Shown here: positions 58,525 to 64,000 of the stretch, piece after piece | Layout: every line of letters begins with the position of its first letter | Position numbering within the stretch: position 1 is the first letter of the stretch | Source: Alphaproteobacteria bacterium | GTDB taxonomy: Bacteria > Pseudomonadota > Alphaproteobacteria > JAVJVX01 | Assembly (NCBI GenBank): GCA_040220875.1 | Contig: JAVJVX010000003.1 | Span: 21,353 to 85,352 of the forward strand | Length of the DNA stretch: 64,000 nucleotides | Reading direction: 5' to 3' | Program-made: the position numbers and the translations under genes | Notes under the pieces: generated by a model | Database searches by the model: none | Seen by the model: only the letters and a program-made list of their open reading frames with translations | What the model was told of the DNA's origin: nothing

Positions 58525-59780
58525 ACGGGACGCGCACGCCGTTTTTGCGCGCGCGCGGCCGACCGGGCCCGTTTACGCCGGTTGATCTCGCGGTTGCGGC
58601 CGGCCGGCCGCTGCTTCTGCGCCAGCCCTTCGAGGGGACGGCGTTTGACGAGGTGATCCTGGGCTGCGCGGCGCCCGTCTCGGAAGAGATGAACCCCGGG
58701 CGTGTGGCTGCGCTCCGTCTTGGCCTTGGCCACCGCATGCCGGGCTGGACGGTGCAACGCAATTGCGGCTCGGGCATGCAATCGGTGGAAACGGCCTGGC
58801 GCTATATCGCCGACGGTCGGGCCGACCTGATCCTGGCCGGCGGCACCGAATCGCTCAGCCATACGCCCCTTCAATTTAACCGCCACATGGTGGATTGGCT
58901 GGCCGATCTCGCCCAGGCGAAGTCGGCCACGGCTCGGCTCAAGGTACTGGCCCGCTTCCGGCCGCATTTCCTGAAACCGGTTATCTCGCTCGAGCGGGGA
59001 CTGACTGACCCGACCGTGCAGATGAACATGGGCCAGACGGCCGAGGTGCTGGCCGACCGGTTCAATATTTCCCGCGAGGCGGCGGACGCCTATGCCGTAC
59101 GGAGCCACCAGCGCCTTTCGCGCGCGACGGCGGAAGGGTTCCTCGTCGAGATGGAGCCGATTTTCGATGACCGGGGCAATCTCTACGACCATGACGATGG
59201 GGTGCGTCCCGATTCAACGGTCGAGCGGCTTGGCCGGCTGCGCCCCGTTTTCGAGCCGCCCTGGGGCAAGGTGACGGCTGGCAACTCGTCCCAGATCACG
59301 GACGGGGCCGCCTGGCTGATCCTCGCCAGCGAGTCGGCTGTCAATCGCTACGGGCTCGAGCCCCTCGGCCGGATCTCCGGCAGCCAGTGGTCGGCGCTTG
59401 ACCCCGCCCAGATGGGACTGGGGCCGGCGCATGCCTCGGCCGCGCTGATGCAGCGCTATCGTCTTGGCGTGGGGGATATCGACGCCTGGGAGCTGAACGA
59501 GGCTTTCGCGGCCCAGGTGCTTGCCTGCCTCAAAGTCTGGAAGGACGACGCTTATTGCCGCGACCAACTTGGTCTCGAGGGCGCGCTCGGCGAGATCGAT
59601 CCGGAACGCCTCAATGTTGATGGCGGGGCCATCAGCCTTGGTCACCCGGTGGGGACGAGCGGAGCGCGCATCACCCTGCATCTGTTGCACGTCCTCAGGC
59701 GTCTCGGCGGGCGGCGGGGGATCGCCACGTTGTGCATTGGCGGCGGCCAGGGGGGCGCTCTGCTGGTGGAGCGTCCCTAG
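58473..59780 (+). CDS. Acetyl-CoA C-acyltransferase (FadA/FadI-type thiolase); start codon non-canonical or unresolved
   Basis: It has thiolase motifs (NCGSGMQS active-site Cys, NVDGGAISLGHPVGTSGARI, CIGGGQG). The conserved N-terminal strand VYVVDGTRTPF lies upstream of the first canonical start (TTG 58545). ATC 58473 has SD GGGAGA 6 nt upstream. Confidence 0.8.
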   Translation: MAYTSTNDVTGRTVYVVDGTRTPFLRARGRPGPFTPVDLAVAAGRPLLLRQPFEGTAFDEVILGCAAPVSEEMNPGRVAALRLGLGHRMPGWTVQRNCGSGMQSVETAWRYIADGRADLILAGGTESLSHTPLQFNRHMVDWLADLAQAKSATARLKVLARFRPHFLKPVISLERGLTDPTVQMNMGQTAEVLADRFNISREAADAYAVRSHQRLSRATAEGFLVEMEPIFDDRGNLYDHDDGVRPDSTVERLGRLRPVFEPPWGKVTAGNSSQITDGAAWLILASESAVNRYGLEPLGRISGSQWSALDPAQMGLGPAHASAALMQRYRLGVGDIDAWELNEAFAAQVLACLKVWKDDAYCRDQLGLEGALGEIDPERLNVDGGAISLGHPVGTSGARITLHLLHVLRRLGGRRGIATLCIGGGQGGALLVERP

Positions 59781-59828
59781 TTTAGCCCACAAGTTTGGCC
59801 GACGAGTTTGGCCGACGAGTTTAGCCCA
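59779..59828. repeat. Four 13-nt-phased direct repeats (A-B-B-A) between thiolase and fadB-like gene
   Basis: AGTTTAGCCCA at 59779, AGTTTGGCCGAC at 59792, AGTTTGGCCGAC at 59805 and AGTTTAGCCCA at 59818. Confidence 0.85.
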
Positions 59829-59854
59829 AGGCGGAGCAGGCTCAACCGAAGGAA

Positions 59855-61891
59855 ATGAAAGAGAGAGCTTCAGTGACTGGACCTTCCCATCTCGATACCC
59901 GGCTTCGGCAGTCGGCCGCACCGGAAACCGCCCAGGCGAACAACTGGACGGGGTGGCGGGACAGCGACGGGGTCTTCTGGCTCTATTTCGACCAGGCGGG
60001 CTCGGAGACCAACACGCTCTCCGAAGCCGTCCTCGGCGAGTTCGCGCATGTGCTGGACCGCATCGCGGCCGATCCACCCCAGGGGCTCGTGATCGCCTCG
60101 GCCAAGCCGGGCGGCTTTATCGCCGGTGCCGACGTGCGTGAATTCCAGGCGGCGGAATCGGCCGATGCGCTTCGAGAAAAGGTGCGCCGGGCGCACGCCG
60201 TCTTTGACAAGCTCGAGGGGCTGCCGTTTCCCACCGTGGCCATGATCCACGGCTATTGCATGGGTGGCGGACTCGAACTGGCGCTCGCCTGCCGCTACCG
60301 CATTGCGCGCGAGGATAGCGCGCTGGCTTTTCCCGAGGTCATGCTGGGTATCTATCCGGGGTTCGGCGGGACCGGACGCCTCACGCGCCTCCTGCCGCCA
60401 CTGACGGCGATGGAAATGATGCTGTCAGGCAGAACCTGGCGGGCGCGACAGGCGAGGGCGTCCGGCCTGGTTGATGCCGTGACCCAGGATCGGCACCTCG
60501 CGGATGGCGCGGCCGCGGCCGCGCTCGGCCGGTTCCGGCCCCGGCGGCGGCGCTCGAAAATGCGTGCGTTAAATATTTGCCTCCAGAATTCAGCCGCCCT
60601 GCGCCCGCTTCTCGGCTGGCTGCTGCGCCGGGGTGTGAAGAAACGGGTCCGGTCCGATCATTATCCGGCGCCTTTCGCGCTGATCGATCTCTGGGTCAGG
60701 AGCGGCGGGCGCAAATCGGCCATGCAACGGGGCGAGGCCCGGGATGTGCCCGATCTCCTGACGGGAGCGGTCGCGCAAAACCTGATACGGGTTTTCTTTC
60801 TGCGCCAGCGCCTGAAAGGACTGGCGAAATCCGACGGCGGGCCGGTTTCACACGTGCACGTCATCGGCGCGGGAACCATGGGCGGGGATATCGCGGCCTG
60901 GGCCGCGCGCCGCGGTTGCACGGTGACACTGGAGGATCGCGAGGCCAAGTTCATCGCGCCCGCAATGCGCCGGGCCGGCGAGCTTTTCCGCCGGCAGTTG
61001 CGGGAACCTTGGCGCGTGCGTGACGCTCTCGACCGGCTTATTCCCGATCCGGCGGGCCGCGGCGTCTCGGAGGCCGATCTCGTGATCGAGGCGGTACCCG
61101 AGAAGCTCGACCTCAAGACATCGCTGTTCCAGCGGATCGAGCCCCGGATGAAGCCCGATGCCATCCTCGCCACCAACACTTCAAGCCTGCCGCTGGAAGA
61201 ACTGGCCCAGGTTCTCTCACGCCCCGAGCGCCTGATCGGCCTGCATTTCTTCAATCCGGTCGCGCGAATGCCGCTCGTCGAGGTGGTCCGGGGGAGGCAA
61301 AGCGGCGAGGCGGCCTATGCCCGCGCGCTCGCTTTCTGTCACCGGGCGGACAAGCTGCCCCTGCCGACACGAAGCGCGCCGGGCTTCCTCGTCAACCGCG
61401 CCCTGATGCCCTATCTCCTCGAAGCCGTCACCCTGCTGGAAGAGGGTTACGCGGCGGAGACGATCGATCAGGCCGCGCTGGATTACGGCATGCCCATGGG
61501 ACCGGTCGAGCTTGCCGATACGGTGGGGCTCGACGTTTGCCTGAGCGTCGCTGATGTCCTTTCCGGTCATTTTGGCGGCACCGTGCCGGCACGGTTGCGC
61601 CGTCTCGTCGAGGATGGCCGGCTGGGGCGCAAATCGGGCCAGGGTTTCTACAGCTACAGGAACGGCAAACCCCGCAAGTCCCGCCGGGCGCCGGCGCCGC
61701 CCGGCGACATGGCCCATCGGCTGCTCAACCCCCTCGTCGAAACCTGCCGGACCTGCGTGGAAGAGGGGATCGTCGAGGATGCCGATATGGCGGATGCGGG
61801 GCTCATCTTCGGCGCTGGCTACGCGCCGTTTCGGGGCGGGCCGCTGCACGATATCGCCGAGCGCCGGCGCGAGGCGTCGGGCCGTGAGTGA
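59855..61891 (+). CDS. Multifunctional enoyl-CoA hydratase / 3-hydroxyacyl-CoA dehydrogenase (FadB/FadJ-type)
   Basis: N-terminal crotonase fold (GGFIAGADVREF, GYCMGGGLELALAC), then the NAD Rossmann motif VHVIGAGTMGGDIA. Confidence 0.9.
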   Translation: MKERASVTGPSHLDTRLRQSAAPETAQANNWTGWRDSDGVFWLYFDQAGSETNTLSEAVLGEFAHVLDRIAADPPQGLVIASAKPGGFIAGADVREFQAAESADALREKVRRAHAVFDKLEGLPFPTVAMIHGYCMGGGLELALACRYRIAREDSALAFPEVMLGIYPGFGGTGRLTRLLPPLTAMEMMLSGRTWRARQARASGLVDAVTQDRHLADGAAAAALGRFRPRRRRSKMRALNICLQNSAALRPLLGWLLRRGVKKRVRSDHYPAPFALIDLWVRSGGRKSAMQRGEARDVPDLLTGAVAQNLIRVFFLRQRLKGLAKSDGGPVSHVHVIGAGTMGGDIAAWAARRGCTVTLEDREAKFIAPAMRRAGELFRRQLREPWRVRDALDRLIPDPAGRGVSEADLVIEAVPEKLDLKTSLFQRIEPRMKPDAILATNTSSLPLEELAQVLSRPERLIGLHFFNPVARMPLVEVVRGRQSGEAAYARALAFCHRADKLPLPTRSAPGFLVNRALMPYLLEAVTLLEEGYAAETIDQAALDYGMPMGPVELADTVGLDVCLSVADVLSGHFGGTVPARLRRLVEDGRLGRKSGQGFYSYRNGKPRKSRRAPAPPGDMAHRLLNPLVETCRTCVEEGIVEDADMADAGLIFGAGYAPFRGGPLHDIAERRREASGRE

Positions 61892-63707
61892 CACAAGTCA
61901 CCTGATCCCGCCGCAGGACGCGGTCACGCTGGACGGTCTGCTGCGCCGGCGCGCGGAGCGTACGCCGGACCTGCCGGCTTACCGTGAGTTCGATGCCGCC
62001 CGGTCCGACTGGGTGGAATGGCGTTGGGGTGAGGTGGCGGACGAGGCGGCGCGTTGGCGCGCCGCCTTCGCGGCCGAGGACCTCGTCCCCGGCGACCGGG
62101 TCGCGGTCCTCGCCCCCAACGGGCGCAACTGGGTGCTGTTCGACCAGGCGGCCCTCGGCGCCGGCCTTGTCACCGTGCCCCTCTATGTCGAGGACCGGGG
62201 CGAGAATATCCGCTATATCCTCAAGGATTCGGGCGCGAAGCTTCTCTATCTCGACGACGAGTCGCGTTGGGCGGATATCGGCGGCAACAAGGACGGCGCG
62301 GCGCGTGACGAGCTGGCCGGGCTTGTGCGTGTGGTCACGAAAGGGGGGGTGAGCCAGCGCGCCGATCCGCGCCTGACCTCTCTCGATCGCTGGCTGCCGG
62401 ACAAGGGCACGGACCATATCCGCGCGCGCGAGCCTGATGATCTGGCAACGATCGTCTATACGTCGGGCACGACGGGCGCGCCGAAGGGCGTCATGCTCTC
62501 CCATCGCAATATTCTCGAGAATGCCTGGGCCGGTCTGCAAAGCATCTCGATCTATCCTGACGATGTCCTGATCTCCTTTCTGCCGCTGTCCCATACCTTC
62601 GAGCGCACCGTCGGATATTACACCCCGATCATGAGCGGTTCGCTCGTCGCCTACACGCGCTCCATCCCCGATCTGGCCGAGGACCTCACGATCATCCGTC
62701 CGACGGCGATGATTTCGGTGCCGCGCATTTTCGAACGGGTCCATGAGCGGATCATGGCTCAGCTCGATGAGGGCCCCGGTTTCCGCAAATGGCTGTTCAA
62801 CAGGGCCGTTGAAATCGGCTACAGCCGCTTCGAGCGGCGTCAGGGCCGGGCTGGCTGGCGTCCGGGTCATCTTCTGTGGCCGCTTCTGGACCGGCTGGTG
62901 GCGGCGAAAATCCGCGCGCGCCTCGGCGGTCGGCTGCGCTTCGCGGTAAGCGGGGGCGCCGCGCTCCCGCCCTTCGTTTCGCGCGTGTTTCTGGGACTTG
63001 GCGTCAATGTCCTGCAGGGTTATGGCCTGACGGAGGCCGGGCCCATCGTCTCTGTCAACAAGCTGAGCCGCAACATTCCGGAAAGCGTGGGGCCGCCGCT
63101 TGAAGGGGTGGAGGTGCGGCTCGGCGAGAATGACGAGCTCGAAGTATCGGGGCCCAACGTCATGCTGGGTTACTGGCAGCGTGCGGACGCGACAGCGGAC
63201 ATGATGACAGGTGACGGCTGGCTTCGGACCGGGGACAGGGTGCGGATCCATGACGGGTATATCTATATCACGGGGCGGATGAAGGAGATCATCGTCCTCG
63301 ACAACGGCGAGAAAGTCCCGCCCGGCGATATGGAACACGCCATCGCCACGGACCCGTTGATCGATCAGGTCCTGGTGCTGGGCGAGGGGCGCCCTCATCT
63401 CGCGGCGCTCGTCGTGCTAAATGGCGAGCAGTGGCAGCGCGTCGCCGAGAGAGAAGGGCTGCCTGTTGATCCCGGCGATGGCCGCGACGAGCGGGTGGAG
63501 CGCTTCCTGCTCGGCCGGCTGGATGCGGCGCTCCACGCCTTTCCCGGCTATGCGAGGATCTATCGGGCTGCCATCGCGCAAGAGCCGTGGACGGTTGAGA
63601 ACGGCCTGATGACGCCAACCCTTAAAATCAGGCGGCCGAAGGTGCTGGAGCACTACGGCGAGCAGATCGAGGCGATGTATCAGAGCCGTCTGGCCCGGAA
63701 GGAATGA
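61884..63707 (+). CDS. AMP-dependent long-chain acyl-CoA synthetase
   Basis: The GTG start overlaps the fadB-like stop. AMP-binding motifs are IVYTSGTTGAPKGVMLSH, GYGLTE and TGDRVRI..DGYIYITGRMKEIIV. Confidence 0.88.
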   Translation: MSDTSHLIPPQDAVTLDGLLRRRAERTPDLPAYREFDAARSDWVEWRWGEVADEAARWRAAFAAEDLVPGDRVAVLAPNGRNWVLFDQAALGAGLVTVPLYVEDRGENIRYILKDSGAKLLYLDDESRWADIGGNKDGAARDELAGLVRVVTKGGVSQRADPRLTSLDRWLPDKGTDHIRAREPDDLATIVYTSGTTGAPKGVMLSHRNILENAWAGLQSISIYPDDVLISFLPLSHTFERTVGYYTPIMSGSLVAYTRSIPDLAEDLTIIRPTAMISVPRIFERVHERIMAQLDEGPGFRKWLFNRAVEIGYSRFERRQGRAGWRPGHLLWPLLDRLVAAKIRARLGGRLRFAVSGGAALPPFVSRVFLGLGVNVLQGYGLTEAGPIVSVNKLSRNIPESVGPPLEGVEVRLGENDELEVSGPNVMLGYWQRADATADMMTGDGWLRTGDRVRIHDGYIYITGRMKEIIVLDNGEKVPPGDMEHAIATDPLIDQVLVLGEGRPHLAALVVLNGEQWQRVAEREGLPVDPGDGRDERVERFLLGRLDAALHAFPGYARIYRAAIAQEPWTVENGLMTPTLKIRRPKVLEHYGEQIEAMYQSRLARKE

Positions 63708-63726
63708 GAGTCAATTCGGCCGCTAC

Positions 63727-64000
63727 CTAAAGCTGCGTGATCTCGGGCGGATATTCCTCTGCCCAATTGAGCCCCTTGTAATTGAAGCCGTGTTCAAGGT
63801 TCGGCTTGATGACGGCGAAATACGGCGAAATATCGAAGTCGCGCGGCGTGTACAGGCTGTGGTGGCGGATGTGCAGGATTTCGCGCTCCATATATTCCTG
63901 CCATCGCTTCGAATAACGCCGCTCGGTCCGGATCAGGGGCAGGACCGGGTAGCGGATTGCCTGAAAGGCCTGCGCGATCAAGGTGGAGCAGATGGCGCGC
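63727..64000 (-). CDS. C-terminal part of a hypothetical protein (N-terminus beyond window edge)
   Basis: The frame stays open to nt 64000 (..RAICSTLIAQAFQAIRYPVLPLIRTERRYSKRWQEYMEREILHIRHH...). No motif recognised. Confidence 0.4.
   Translation of the reverse strand, partial: RAICSTLIAQAFQAIRYPVLPLIRTERRYSKRWQEYMEREILHIRHHSLYTPRDFDISPYFAVIKPNLEHGFNYKGLNWAEEYPPEITQL

Overview
This is a GC-rich proteobacterial chromosome, probably alphaproteobacterial (inference from gene content and an A:U pair in the initiator-tRNA anticodon stem). All calls come from reading the six-frame track and sequence by eye; no database search was possible.

nt 1-12589 is the right-hand end of a lower-GC integrative island inserted into an initiator tRNA-Met gene. 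In order it carries:
- a ParB-like gene fragment
- an excisionase-type HTH gene
- a translationally coupled operon of an SNF2 helicase, a 1083-aa beta-class DNA methyltransferase and a 1082-aa Res-like helicase/nuclease
- a second HTH gene, a DUF4145-like ORF and a tyrosine integrase
- phased arm-type repeats and the displaced 3' half of tRNA-fMet with its own terminator

The helicase-methylase-helicase/nuclease operon is the most interesting object. It looks like a Type III R-M / DISARM-like hybrid defence module that I cannot place in a named system. Its methyltransferase is also compositionally mosaic.

nt 12.6-14.1 kb holds a lower-GC Sel1-repeat gene. The remaining ~50 kb looks like ordinary chromosome: a MarR pair, thioredoxin/CcdA, katG, modABC, PAS-GGDEF plus BLUF, an MFS transporter, an MCP, a methyltransferase-ATP-grasp fusion, stand-alone LigD Pol and PE genes, TerC, small stress/ferritin-like proteins including an orphan EncFtn, GT2, a rimK triad, yhhQ, hisI, fabI, a formamidase-like gene, glk-otsA-GH15-otsB, an RNA methyltransferase, corA, FAH, class I RNR nrdAB, MscS, and a fadE-thiolase-fadB-acyl-CoA synthetase cluster.

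No rRNA, intact tRNA, CRISPR array or IS element was seen.
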